Source of the DNA: Clostridia bacterium
GTDB lineage: Bacteria > Bacillota > Clostridia > Oscillospirales > CAG-272
DNA: 64,000 bases
NCBI GenBank assembly: GCA_017411805.1
Contig: JAFQPI010000014.1
Span: 10,060 to 74,059, forward strand
Direction of reading: 5' to 3'
Below the pieces are notes generated by a model. It worked only from the letters and a program-made list of their open reading frames with translations, had not been told where the DNA came from and did not search any database. A program made the translations under genes and the position numbers. Below are positions 1-8,327 of this stretch, in pieces (within the stretch, counting starts at the first letter, position 1; every line of letters begins with the position of its first letter).

Positions 1-1
1 T

Positions 2-865
2 GACGCCTCATCGGGTCTGAACGATAACCTCAGCGGACGCGAACGTCCCGTAGCATTTGATATGGGATATTCGGCGGGCGAGTTTGAGATCGTTCAGTCG
101 CTTGCAAAGTGGAAGAGAGTCGCGCTCAAGAAGTACGGCTTTGCTCCCGGCGAGGGACTTTATACCGATATGAACGCGATCAGACGCGACGAGGAGACCG
201 ACAATATCCACTCTGTTTTCGTTGATCAGTGGGACTGGGAGAAGATCATTCGCCCCACGGAGCGCACCGAGGAATACCTTCAGCGCACCGTCCGTTATAT
301 CTATGATGCTCTCCGCCAGACCGAGAATTACATAGCCGACGACTATAACTTCATAGGTCATTTGCTCCCCGAGGAGATCACGTTTGTTTCCTCTTTCGAG
401 CTTGAGGCTAAATATCCGACTCTGAGCGCAAAGGAGCGCGAATACCGCGCAGCAAAGGAGTACGGTGCCGTATTCATCTCGAAGATCGGCGGCGCAATGC
501 CTATCTCGGGCAAGCCGCACGACGGCCGCGCGCCCGACTACGACGACTGGGAACTCAACGGCGACATCATCGTTTACTACCCCGTACTTGATATGGCTCT
601 CGAACTTTCGAGCATGGGTATCCGTGTTGACGCCGAATCGCTTCGCCGTCAGCTTGATATCTCGGGCTTTACCGACCGCGCGAAGCTTCCTTACCACCGC
701 GACCTGCTTGAGGGCAAGCTTCCGCTGACGATCGGCGGCGGTATCGGTCAGTCGAGAATGTGTATGTTCTTCTTGCGCAAGGCTCATATCGGCGAGGTCC
801 AGGCATCCTGCTGGCCGAAGGATGACGTGGAGAGGTGCAAAGAAAACGGAATAATGCTTCTTTAA
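2..865 (+). CDS. asnA: aspartate--ammonia ligase (asparagine synthetase A), 5'-truncated by window edge
   Basis: The frame is open from nt 2. Blocks match E. coli AsnA: [41 protein letters not shown]. Stop TAA at 863-865. Confidence 0.9.
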   Translation, partial: DASSGLNDNLSGRERPVAFDMGYSAGEFEIVQSLAKWKRVALKKYGFAPGEGLYTDMNAIRRDEETDNIHSVFVDQWDWEKIIRPTERTEEYLQRTVRYIYDALRQTENYIADDYNFIGHLLPEEITFVSSFELEAKYPTLSAKEREYRAAKEYGAVFISKIGGAMPISGKPHDGRAPDYDDWELNGDIIVYYPVLDMALELSSMGIRVDAESLRRQLDISGFTDRAKLPYHRDLLEGKLPLTIGGGIGQSRMCMFFLRKAHIGEVQASCWPKDDVERCKENGIMLL

Positions 866-868
866 TAA

Positions 869-900
869 GAAAGAGCGAGCTCGTTTGAGCTCGCTCTTTG
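869..900. terminator. bidirectional rho-independent terminator between convergent genes
   Basis: AAGAGCGAGCTC-gttt-GAGCTCGCTCTT hairpin, flanked by an A-run and a T-run. Confidence 0.75.
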
Positions 901-905
901 TTACG

Positions 906-1919
906 TTAATTAAACTTCTTAGAATTTTCTTCTCTTATCGTGTCGAAATGTCTGGAGCGGACTCTTCTGAACGCCTCGCAGGTCGCAGCCCACGCGCGCT
1001 CGCAGCATTCGCTCTTGTACGTATTCGACTCGCTTCCGCGGAATGCCCAGGAAATGAGTGTGCGTGCGCCCGCGTCGTATGCGGCGTCTGCGGCAACGAT
1101 GATCTCGTCCTCGTGTCCGCGGGGAATGTCGTAGCCCTGGATCCAGATGTGATTCTGTTTTCCGATCGCGCTTGTCTCCTCGATAATTTGCTTCGAGGAC
1201 TTGTAAACGTACTCGTAAGGATCGCGTTTACCGCTCTTGGGATGCCAGTAGGGGTCGATTCCGAAGTCGTTGAGGGTCGGGATGGTCATTATCTTCTTCG
1301 CGTAATCAAGGGTGTGGAGCATTACGCAAACGCTGTTCTCGATGCCCATCGATGCCGCGTAGGAGCAGACGGTGTCAAAGTAGCGGAGAAGAGAATCAAT
1401 TCTGAATTCGCGCATCTCGTCGGTCATTTCGGTAGGCATAGGATGACCGTACTTTTCTTCAAATAGCTTTTGACAGGTCGGGCAGCAGCAGGAGAAAAGC
1501 TCTCCCTTCTGCTTGAAGTGGGGCTCGTCCCAGAAGATTTTCTTGCCGCCGAAGGATGCGACAGCTTCGATCCAATTTTTTGTGAAAGATACGAACGCGG
1601 GCGAGTTGTAGCAGGCGGAAACGGGGTCGATCGAGCCGTCCGAGTAGACCTGATGTGCCTCGGGATGGTACTGCAGAAAGTGCGATTTGTCACCGGGAGG
1701 GCCTCCGATGCCCCAGTTGTCGATCCAGACCTCGAGTCCGTTGTACTCCGAAATCTTGCATATCTCATTCATTACGCCAAGGTGGCGGTCCCAGTCGTTG
1801 TGCGAGAACATATGGACGACGACGTCCATATTCTGACGCGCCATTTCTGCCATATCGTCTGCGACGTGGCGCAGTATTCGGTTGCCGTGGTAAGCAGCGC
1901 CGGTTCTGATTCTTTCCAT
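906..1919 (-). CDS. hypothetical protein, possibly a glycoside-hydrolase-like TIM-barrel enzyme
   Basis: Long ORF with SD AAAGGAG before the ATG at 1919. The earlier ATG at 1952 would overlap the upstream gene. A CCCPTC cysteine cluster is present. I do not recognise the family with certainty. Confidence 0.6.
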   Translation of the reverse strand: MERIRTGAAYHGNRILRHVADDMAEMARQNMDVVVHMFSHNDWDRHLGVMNEICKISEYNGLEVWIDNWGIGGPPGDKSHFLQYHPEAHQVYSDGSIDPVSACYNSPAFVSFTKNWIEAVASFGGKKIFWDEPHFKQKGELFSCCCPTCQKLFEEKYGHPMPTEMTDEMREFRIDSLLRYFDTVCSYAASMGIENSVCVMLHTLDYAKKIMTIPTLNDFGIDPYWHPKSGKRDPYEYVYKSSKQIIEETSAIGKQNHIWIQGYDIPRGHEDEIIVAADAAYDAGARTLISWAFRGSESNTYKSECCERAWAATCEAFRRVRSRHFDTIREENSKKFN

Positions 1920-1932
1920 ACCCAAAACTCCT

Positions 1933-2697
1933 TTATTCTTCGTAGTCATCATAGGATTTCATTCCCTGCATCTTCGAGATCGGCTTGAAGCCGTCGATCT
2001 CGCCGCGCTGTATCGCGCCGAAGATTCGGTAACGCAGACCCTTATTATTGCGTTCGATCGAGGCGAGAAGCTGCTTCATATTCTCGCGCTCGGTATTGCC
2101 GTCCGCGGGACAGGTCGAGGTTACCACGGGAAGATCGGTCTTGGACGCAAAATATCGCACGTCCTTTTCGGGCATATAGATGAGGGGGCGGATGACGGTT
2201 ATATCCATTCTTGATAGGTAGGTCACGGGCGAGAACGTGCCGATGCGACCCTCAAAAAAGAGGTTCAGCATAAAGGTTTCGACTACGTCGTCAAAATGAT
2301 GACCGAGCGCCACTTTGTTGCACCCTGCCTCCACAGCGGCGGTGTTTAAAGCTCCGCGGCGCATTTTGGCGCAGAGAGAACAGGGATTCGGCTCTCGTCT
2401 GACGTTGAAGATGATTTTCGATATCTCGGTCTTGACGATCTTGTACTCAACGCCGAGCTTCTCGCAGTATTCGGCAACGGGAGAGAAATCCATTCCTTCG
2501 AGTCCCATATCGATGCTGATGCCGATGATCTCGAATCTCTTCGGATAGAAGCGTCTGAGCCCCGCAAGGGCGGTCAGGAGCGCGAGAGAATCCTTGCCTC
2601 CCGAGATACCGACGGCGATCCGATCGCCGTCCTCGATCATATTGTAATCGTCCACGGCGCGGCGCGCGTGGCTGAGAAGTCTTTTGGTCTCGCTCAT
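1933..2697 (-). CDS. ttcA: PP-loop ATPase, tRNA 2-thiocytidine biosynthesis TtcA family
   Basis: SGGKDS PP-loop motif, a PCSLCAKMRRG Cys motif, and a length of about 250 aa. Confidence 0.8.
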   Translation of the reverse strand: MSETKRLLSHARRAVDDYNMIEDGDRIAVGISGGKDSLALLTALAGLRRFYPKRFEIIGISIDMGLEGMDFSPVAEYCEKLGVEYKIVKTEISKIIFNVRREPNPCSLCAKMRRGALNTAAVEAGCNKVALGHHFDDVVETFMLNLFFEGRIGTFSPVTYLSRMDITVIRPLIYMPEKDVRYFASKTDLPVVTSTCPADGNTERENMKQLLASIERNNKGLRYRIFGAIQRGEIDGFKPISKMQGMKSYDDYEE

Positions 2698-3347
2698 TCA
2701 AAAAGATACCTTTCAAGAGCCGCCACGTCGTAAAAGCATACGTCGGCGTTATTTTCCATAAATTCACGGCAAAGCTTGCTCGGCTGTGCCCAGAGTGCGG
2801 CGGCAAAGGTTACGCCCGCGTTTCGCGCCATATCGTAGCCGTGCTTGAGGTCATCTATGACGATAAAATCGGAAAGTTCGAGTGAATACTTTTTCGCTAT
2901 CTCAAAAACGGCGTAGGGCGAGGGCTTGCGCTTGTCCGCGCCCGCGTCCCAACCGTAAATTTTATTGGGAGCGCAGTTGAAATTCGCCTTCCAGTCGCGG
3001 AGGATGTTTTCGGTCTCGGAATGCGATGCGACGCAGAGGATTCCGCCCTCGGCGCGATGACGCTCGATTATACGCGCCATACCGGGGCAGGCATGGGGCG
3101 TGATCTCGCGGACGAATTTCTTCCAGTTGTTATATTCGTATTTCATTTCCTCGCCATCAAGCGCGAGGATCTTTGTGCAATATTCAAAAAAGCCGGGCTC
3201 GAAGCAGTAATCCATAAATTTCTCATACTCCGGATGCATATCGGGGCGCAGATGCGAGAGCGTGTCGAGCAGGGCGGGATAGTTGACCTCGGCGGTGGAG
3301 TTTACCGTTGTGTCGTCGTGGTCAAGGATCAAACATTTGTATTTCAT
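2694..3347 (-). CDS. HAD-superfamily hydrolase (phosphatase-like)
   Basis: Motif I LILDHDDTTV lies near the N-terminus when the start is ATG 3347. A C-terminal IVIDD motif is present. The ORF-track start at 3380 would overlap the upstream gene by 26 nt. Confidence 0.7.
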   Translation of the reverse strand: MKYKCLILDHDDTTVNSTAEVNYPALLDTLSHLRPDMHPEYEKFMDYCFEPGFFEYCTKILALDGEEMKYEYNNWKKFVREITPHACPGMARIIERHRAEGGILCVASHSETENILRDWKANFNCAPNKIYGWDAGADKRKPSPYAVFEIAKKYSLELSDFIVIDDLKHGYDMARNAGVTFAAALWAQPSKLCREFMENNADVCFYDVAALERYLFE

Positions 3348-3354
3348 ATAATTT

Positions 3355-4113
3355 CTATACGTCAAATGACGTCTTTTCATAAATTTTTTCTATCCGCTCG
3401 GTGCGGATGCGGGGATTTACGATCTCATCCGTGTAAAGGAAGAGGGGCGGCTCGAATTCGAGCAGCGGAGCGCCGCCGGATTTCGCCTCTACGAGGACGA
3501 AGGCGGGCTTGGAGTTTGTGTCCGCATAAACGGTGCACATCTTCTTGGGCTCAAGCTTTGCGGCTCTCATAGCCTCAAAAAGGTCGACGAGTCTGTCGGG
3601 GCGGTAAACGCAGACGAAGGTTCCGCCGTAGCGGAGAAGTCTTGCCGCCGCGGCGCAGAAATCCGAGATGCCGCCATGGATCTCGTGGCGCGCCGACTGA
3701 CGGATCGAGTCGGGACTTTCGGGCCCGGGATGCGCAAAATAGGGCGGATTAGAAAAAACGCAGTCGAATTCGCCGCCGAGATCCTTCGGGTGCGCCTCGC
3801 GGATATCTATATTTTTTACGGTGACCTTATCGGAAAACGAGTTGAGTACGACGTTTCGCTCGGCAAGAGCGGCGCTCTCGGGCTCGACCTCAAGAGCGGT
3901 GACGTGGTTGAATTTATCAAACGCCGCCGCCAGAAGCGTGACGACTCCCGTGCCGCATCCGAGCTCGCAGGCTCTTTTGCCACGGCGAAGTCGCGCGGCA
4001 AGAAGGTAGGAGTCGGAGCCCCAGGCAAGACCCTTACCGTTCGATATCATTTTTACTCTGTCGCCGACGGCGACGATCGACTCATTTTCCGAAATAATCA
4101 AGTTTTTTTCCAT
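3355..4113 (-). CDS. SAM-dependent methyltransferase, tRNA1(Val) m6A37 TrmN6/YfiC-like
   Basis: ELGCGTG SAM-binding motif and NPPY catalytic motif. SD AAGGA lies before the ATG at 4113. The holB-ricT-...-methyltransferase order is typical of Firmicutes. Confidence 0.75.
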   Translation of the reverse strand: MEKNLIISENESIVAVGDRVKMISNGKGLAWGSDSYLLAARLRRGKRACELGCGTGVVTLLAAAFDKFNHVTALEVEPESAALAERNVVLNSFSDKVTVKNIDIREAHPKDLGGEFDCVFSNPPYFAHPGPESPDSIRQSARHEIHGGISDFCAAAARLLRYGGTFVCVYRPDRLVDLFEAMRAAKLEPKKMCTVYADTNSKPAFVLVEAKSGGAPLLEFEPPLFLYTDEIVNPRIRTERIEKIYEKTSFDV

Positions 4114-4132
4114 AATTCTGTTCCTTAGGGTC

Positions 4133-4162
4133 AAAAAAAGCGGAGCGTGTACTCCGCTTTTT
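4133..4162 (-). terminator. rho-independent terminator downstream of ferredoxin
   Basis: GCGGAG-cgtgta-CTCCGC hairpin with flanking A7 and T5 runs. It ends only about 20 nt before the methyltransferase start codon. Confidence 0.65.
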
Positions 4163-4179
4163 ATGTGTGACTGAATTAA

Positions 4180-4350
4180 TTACTCAGCCTTGGGAGCCTC
4201 AACAGGGCAAGTATCTGCGCAAGAACCGCAGTCAATGCACTTGTCGGGGTCAATTACGTACTTGCCGTCCTGCTCGCTGATAGCCTCAACGGGGCATTCC
4301 TCAGCGCAAGCGCCGCAAGCGATGCAATCATCAGTGATCTTGTATGCCAT
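4180..4350 (-). CDS. fdx: 2x[4Fe-4S] clostridial-type ferredoxin (56 aa)
   Basis: Absent from the ORF track because it is under 60 aa. Hand translation gives MAYKITDDCIACGACAEECPVEAISEQDGKYVIDPDKCIDCGSCADTCPVEAPKAE, with two CxxCxxCxxxCP motifs. SD GGAGGTG precedes the ATG. Confidence 0.9.
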   Translation of the reverse strand: MAYKITDDCIACGACAEECPVEAISEQDGKYVIDPDKCIDCGSCADTCPVEAPKAE

Positions 4351-4460
4351 TGTGACACCTCCGTATGTTGTGGTGGCTATATTGTATCACAAATTAAGTG
4401 AAAATGGAATAGGTTTTTCAAAAAAAGTTTGAAAAAAATCAAAAAAATTTTGGAAAGGTA

Positions 4461-5903
4461 TTATTCGTCGTCGGAGACGGCGGACTTTTGGCTCTCTGCT
4501 TTTGTAATTACACGGATGGTACTCATATGATAATTCTTTGGAGCTGCATCCTGCTTATCAATAAGCTTGACTTTTACGTTGCCGGAGATGGGGAAGATAT
4601 CCATAACGGTGCCGCGTCCGTCGGGCGTGTCTACTATAGAATCCGCGGGAGGCATGAGGGCGATCTCACGCTCGTAAGCCTCCTGTTCATAGCGCAGACA
4701 GCACATAAGTCTGCCGCAAGTGCCGGAGATCTTGGCGGCGTTGATAGAAAGACCCTGCTCCTTTGCCATCTTGATCGATACTTGAACAAAATTCGGAAGG
4801 AATCCCGCGCAGCATAGCTTGCGTCCGCAAACTCCGAAGCCGCCCACCATACGCGCCTCGTCACGGATACCGATCTGTCGCAGCTCGATTCGGGTGCGGA
4901 ATACCGATGCAAGATCCTTGACAAGGGCGCGGAAGTCAACGCGTCCGGCGGAGGTGAAGAAGAAGATGAGCTTTGAATTATCAAAGGTATATTGAGAATC
5001 TACAAGCTTCATATCGAGCCCGTGATCCGCGATCTTCGTAAGACAGATCTTGAAAGCCTCCTTCTGACGGCGGCGGTTATCCTCATGATGAGCCTCGTCC
5101 TCCTTGGTTGCGGGGCGGATAACGGGGCGGAGAGGAGCAACGATCTGATCCTCCGAGACTATACGGTTTGCAATAACGACCTCTCCGAATTCAAGTCCCT
5201 GAGCGGTCTCAACAATGGCGTGATTTCCAACGGTGAATTTCATATCGCAAGGATCGAAGTAATAGACCTTACTTCCGTGCTCAAAACGAATGCCGATGAT
5301 CTCGGGACCCTCGATGACCTTGGGCTCGGATGGAACAACGTCGGCAAAAACCGAATCAAGAGTGGGATCGGGAGGCATGGAATCAAGATAGCTGTCGTCG
5401 ATCTTTCCCAAAGAGAGAAAATCCGATTCGGATTTTGAACGCGAGGGGAGAAAATCAAGATCGTTTTCGGGAAGAGAGGTCAGAAGTTCTGCGGGCTCGC
5501 GGGTCTTCTGCTTGTCTCTTGAACGGTTGCGGCTCTGATTTCTTTGCTGATTCTGTGCCTTTGGCTCAGCGGACTGAGGCGGGGGTGTCTGCTCCTGCAC
5601 TGCGGGACGGCTTTCCTGCTCGGGGCGTCGATTCTGATTGTGATTCTGATTATTATGATGCTTTTTGTTTCTGTTTCTGTTGTTCTTATGAGGCTGACCC
5701 GATGGTTGGTTGGCCGGTGCGGCAGTTTCAGCGGGAGCTGCTGCCTCGGATTTTACCTGCTCGTTTGACTCCGGGGGCTTCTGCGGCTTATTTTGCTTGC
5801 TTCGACTGTGATGGTGCCTCTTATGATAGGGCTTCTTTCCGCCCTTGTTTTCCGAAGGCGCGCCGCCCCCGGGCTTTTTATTGTTGTTTTCGATGTTTTC
5901 CAA
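4461..5903 (-). CDS. ricT: PSP1-domain protein RicT/YaaT with a ~200-aa low-complexity N-terminal extension
   Basis: The C-terminal 280 aa match the YaaT/PSP1 family (GVCGRKLCC, GTCGRLMCCLRYE). It lies immediately downstream of holB, as in Bacillus. The N-terminus is rich in K/H/N/Q/P/R. Confidence 0.85.
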   Translation of the reverse strand: MENIENNNKKPGGGAPSENKGGKKPYHKRHHHSRSKQNKPQKPPESNEQVKSEAAAPAETAAPANQPSGQPHKNNRNRNKKHHNNQNHNQNRRPEQESRPAVQEQTPPPQSAEPKAQNQQRNQSRNRSRDKQKTREPAELLTSLPENDLDFLPSRSKSESDFLSLGKIDDSYLDSMPPDPTLDSVFADVVPSEPKVIEGPEIIGIRFEHGSKVYYFDPCDMKFTVGNHAIVETAQGLEFGEVVIANRIVSEDQIVAPLRPVIRPATKEDEAHHEDNRRRQKEAFKICLTKIADHGLDMKLVDSQYTFDNSKLIFFFTSAGRVDFRALVKDLASVFRTRIELRQIGIRDEARMVGGFGVCGRKLCCAGFLPNFVQVSIKMAKEQGLSINAAKISGTCGRLMCCLRYEQEAYEREIALMPPADSIVDTPDGRGTVMDIFPISGNVKVKLIDKQDAAPKNYHMSTIRVITKAESQKSAVSDDE

Positions 5904-5916
5904 GTTATATGTCTCC

Positions 5917-6996
5917 TTAGTTTAACATTCCGAAGCGCGAGAGCATCGAAATGAGGGTGAGTCTTGTGTTCATGTTGCGCTCGAGCGCGGAGATCGCCTC
6001 AAGCAGAGCGTCCGAAATGAGAAGCAGACGGCGGAGTGAGAATGAGTCCGAAAGATCTGTCGCGCGCTCGCGGTCGGAAAAGAATCTCAGAGGCGCATCC
6101 GAGTCGCGTTTGAGAAGTGTCAGATCTCGCACGGCGAGAGAGAAGGATTCGAGCTGATCCTTTGCCGTTTCGCGCGATTGCGTGCAGACTTCTGTGAGGT
6201 GAATGAGAAGTGCTGAGCTTTTTGCGGGGTTTGAAGCGAGAATACAGAATTTTTCGGACGCGCGGCGCATCTCGGCAATTCGCGCGGCTTCCTTGCCCGA
6301 AAGCAGATCGGAGGCAAGCCCCGCGGAGCCGTTTGCGCTCATGATGATATCGTCAAAGAGAGCAGGATCGCTGCGCTTTTTGGTTTCAAGAGAGGGGTCG
6401 GATGCGAGCATTGCGCGCTCGGTCTCCTCGGGCGAGAGCGGTTTCATTCTTATTGTCGGCGCGCGGCTCTTGATAGTTTCAAGAAGGAGAGCGGAATTCT
6501 CGCAGAGAAGCAGGATGAAGGCGTATGCCGGCGGCTCCTCGAGTGTGAGGAGAAGAGCATTTTGCGCCTGCGCGGTCATAGTGTGCGCGTCGTTGATAAT
6601 ATAGATCTTTCGGTCGAGGTCGTTCGGATAGATGTGGATATCGCGGCGGAGATCGCGGATAGCGTCAACGCCGACAGAAGCCTTTCCGTCCGTGCCGATC
6701 TCTATGACGTCGGGGCAGATTCCCTTTGCGATATTGCGGCAGGAGCGACAATTGTCGCAGGGAAGAGCCGATGCCGAGGGACTTGTCCGATTCTCACAGA
6801 CGAGAGCCTTGGCGAGCTCAATGGCAAGCGTGCGCTTACCCGTACCGTACGCGCCCTCGATGATGTAGGCGTGGGGCAGATCGGGATCCTCCGAGAGAAG
6901 CGATTTTGCAAGCCGCTCGCAAAGCTCGGAATTGCCGATTATCTTCGGGAAAACCTCTTTCAAAACCACACCGCCTTTCGATACAAAGTTATACAT
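5917..6996 (-). CDS. holB: DNA polymerase III subunit delta'
   Basis: GAYGTGKRT Walker A motif and a CDNCRSCRN zinc module. An alternative start is TTG at 6963, preceded by AAAGG. Confidence 0.85.
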   Translation of the reverse strand: MYNFVSKGGVVLKEVFPKIIGNSELCERLAKSLLSEDPDLPHAYIIEGAYGTGKRTLAIELAKALVCENRTSPSASALPCDNCRSCRNIAKGICPDVIEIGTDGKASVGVDAIRDLRRDIHIYPNDLDRKIYIINDAHTMTAQAQNALLLTLEEPPAYAFILLLCENSALLLETIKSRAPTIRMKPLSPEETERAMLASDPSLETKKRSDPALFDDIIMSANGSAGLASDLLSGKEAARIAEMRRASEKFCILASNPAKSSALLIHLTEVCTQSRETAKDQLESFSLAVRDLTLLKRDSDAPLRFFSDRERATDLSDSFSLRRLLLISDALLEAISALERNMNTRLTLISMLSRFGMLN

Positions 6997-7001
6997 AATA
7001 T

Positions 7002-7030
7002 ATTATATCATTAAATTGTTGATTTGTCAA
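7002..7030 (-). promoter_or_regulatory. consensus sigma-A promoter for holB operon
   Basis: On the minus strand: TTGACA, 17 nt, TATAAT. The -10 ends 6 nt before the ATG at 6996. Confidence 0.7.
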
Positions 7031-7226
7031 GGAGAAAGTGGACAGTGGTATTTTTAGTGCCTTTTTCTTTATACGATTATAAAATAAAATAGCGAAAAAG
7101 TTTTGATCGAACTTTTTCAAAAGTTCGCGGATTCTTAAGGCAGCGCCTTGAGCCGCACTCCGCAGAGCTCGAAAAACTTTTTTCGCTCCTTCACTCTAAA
7201 AACGAAAAATTCTGCGCCCTTTAATA

Positions 7227-7270
7227 GGGACCCACCCCCTCGCTCCCCCTCCCCTGAACGGGGCGGGGGA
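7227..7270. repeat. C-tract/G-tract hairpin element, copy 1
   Basis: GGGACC + CACCCCCTCGCTCCCCCTCCCC + loop + GGGGCGGGGGA. The minus strand carries four G3-5 runs. Confidence 0.5.
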
Positions 7271-7345
7271 CGCCTCGTTCCTGCGAAAATTATATTTACG
7301 AATAGAGATTTTGTCGATATCCATGTAATTTTGCATCTGCAAATC

Positions 7346-7388
7346 GGGACCTCCCTCCCGCCCTCCCTCCGTAAACCGGAGGGAGGAG
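7346..7388. repeat. C-tract/G-tract hairpin element, copy 2
   Basis: GGGACC + TCCCTCCCGCCCTCCCTCCG + taaac + CGGAGGGAGG. The minus strand reads GGAGGGAGGGCGGGAGGGAGG. Confidence 0.5.
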
Positions 7389-7446
7389 TTTAAGTGCGCG
7401 AACCATCAATTACGTTTTCTGTCGATTTTCAGCTGAATAAATAATG

Positions 7447-7494
7447 AAACTCCGCCTTTTGCACCCTACCGATTGAGTGAAAAAGACGGAGTTT
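7447..7494 (-). terminator. putative terminator hairpin downstream of the 7512-7925 gene
   Basis: AAACTCCGCCTTTT pairs with AAAAGACGGAGTTT across a 20-nt loop. The trailing T-run is weak. Confidence 0.4.
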
Positions 7495-7511
7495 TGAATT
7501 AATTTTTAGTT

Positions 7512-7925
7512 TTAATACCCTCTGTCAACTATGCGCCATTCTTCGCCCTCATTTCTGACGAGGATCCAGTTAAAATCTTCGTATTTTTGTCCTGCGCCCA
7601 TCGTTGGATTGTCCGAAAAATAGCTGATATAGAAATCCGAAAGAATGACGATGACCTCGTCTGCATCGTTGCGGTCTGCCCAATCCTGATACGAGTCAAG
7701 CCATTCGTCGCCGATATAGGAAAGCTCGAGAAGAGTCCAACGGTCTTCTATCTCAGCGATGTTCTGTTTCACTATATTTATTGCGGCTTCAATGTCCTCG
7801 TCCGAGTAAACGTCGGAGCTATATTCGGGAATTTCAACGAACGATACTACTGCGTGGCTGCAGGAGGAAAGCGAGAGCACTATTGCGCAGAGCAGAAAAA
7901 GTGAAAGAAATTTTCTAAAAATCAT
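7512..7925 (-). CDS. hypothetical lipoprotein
   Basis: Signal peptide with lipobox LSLSSC. AT-rich gene at the distal end of the GntR/ABC operon. Confidence 0.65.
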   Translation of the reverse strand: MIFRKFLSLFLLCAIVLSLSSCSHAVVSFVEIPEYSSDVYSDEDIEAAINIVKQNIAEIEDRWTLLELSYIGDEWLDSYQDWADRNDADEVIVILSDFYISYFSDNPTMGAGQKYEDFNWILVRNEGEEWRIVDRGY

Positions 7926-7940
7926 ACTTTGTCTGCTCCT

Positions 7941-8315
7941 TTACTCCTTGGGTTTGGGGTCGCCGATCTTCCAGATCACACAGAAAATTTTAGTATCGTG
8001 GTCTACATTTATTCTGTGAGTCTCGTTTTCAAATACATGTGTTGCCCCCAACTGGTCTGTTTTCGTATATCCACCGTGTAGCATCATGTATTCTTCTATG
8101 ACAGACATGCCGTCAGTATCGGTCATCAATATCTGTGGGGAATTCTCTATTTCAACGTAATCTGTATCCGCAACGCAAACGCTTGCCATTCCGTAGAGTA
8201 CGGCGATGAAATTCGGCGTTTGAAACTCTTCGTTTGATAGATAAGTCCCGAGAACTGTTGTTATAGCCAGAGCGGCTACAAGAACGATGATAACGATCTT
8301 AGATGAACTTTTCAT
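7941..8315 (-). CDS. hypothetical membrane-anchored or exported small protein
   Basis: N-terminal hydrophobic helix IVIIVLVAALAITTVLG. No family recognised. Confidence 0.6.
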   Translation of the reverse strand: MKSSSKIVIIVLVAALAITTVLGTYLSNEEFQTPNFIAVLYGMASVCVADTDYVEIENSPQILMTDTDGMSVIEEYMMLHGGYTKTDQLGATHVFENETHRINVDHDTKIFCVIWKIGDPKPKE

Positions 8316-8327
8316 AATTTTACCTCC

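Noticed and set aside
4190-4432. An 80-aa + strand ORF at the ferredoxin locus.
   Set aside because: The minus strand encodes a perfect 2x[4Fe-4S] ferredoxin with an SD and a terminator. The + strand ORF has no RBS and a low-complexity translation.
7148-7393. An 81-aa ORF in the holB upstream region.
   Set aside because: The translation is dominated by the C-tract/G-tract repeats (PPPRSPSPERGGG, SLPPSLRKPEGG). There is no RBS. It is better explained as non-coding structured DNA or RNA.
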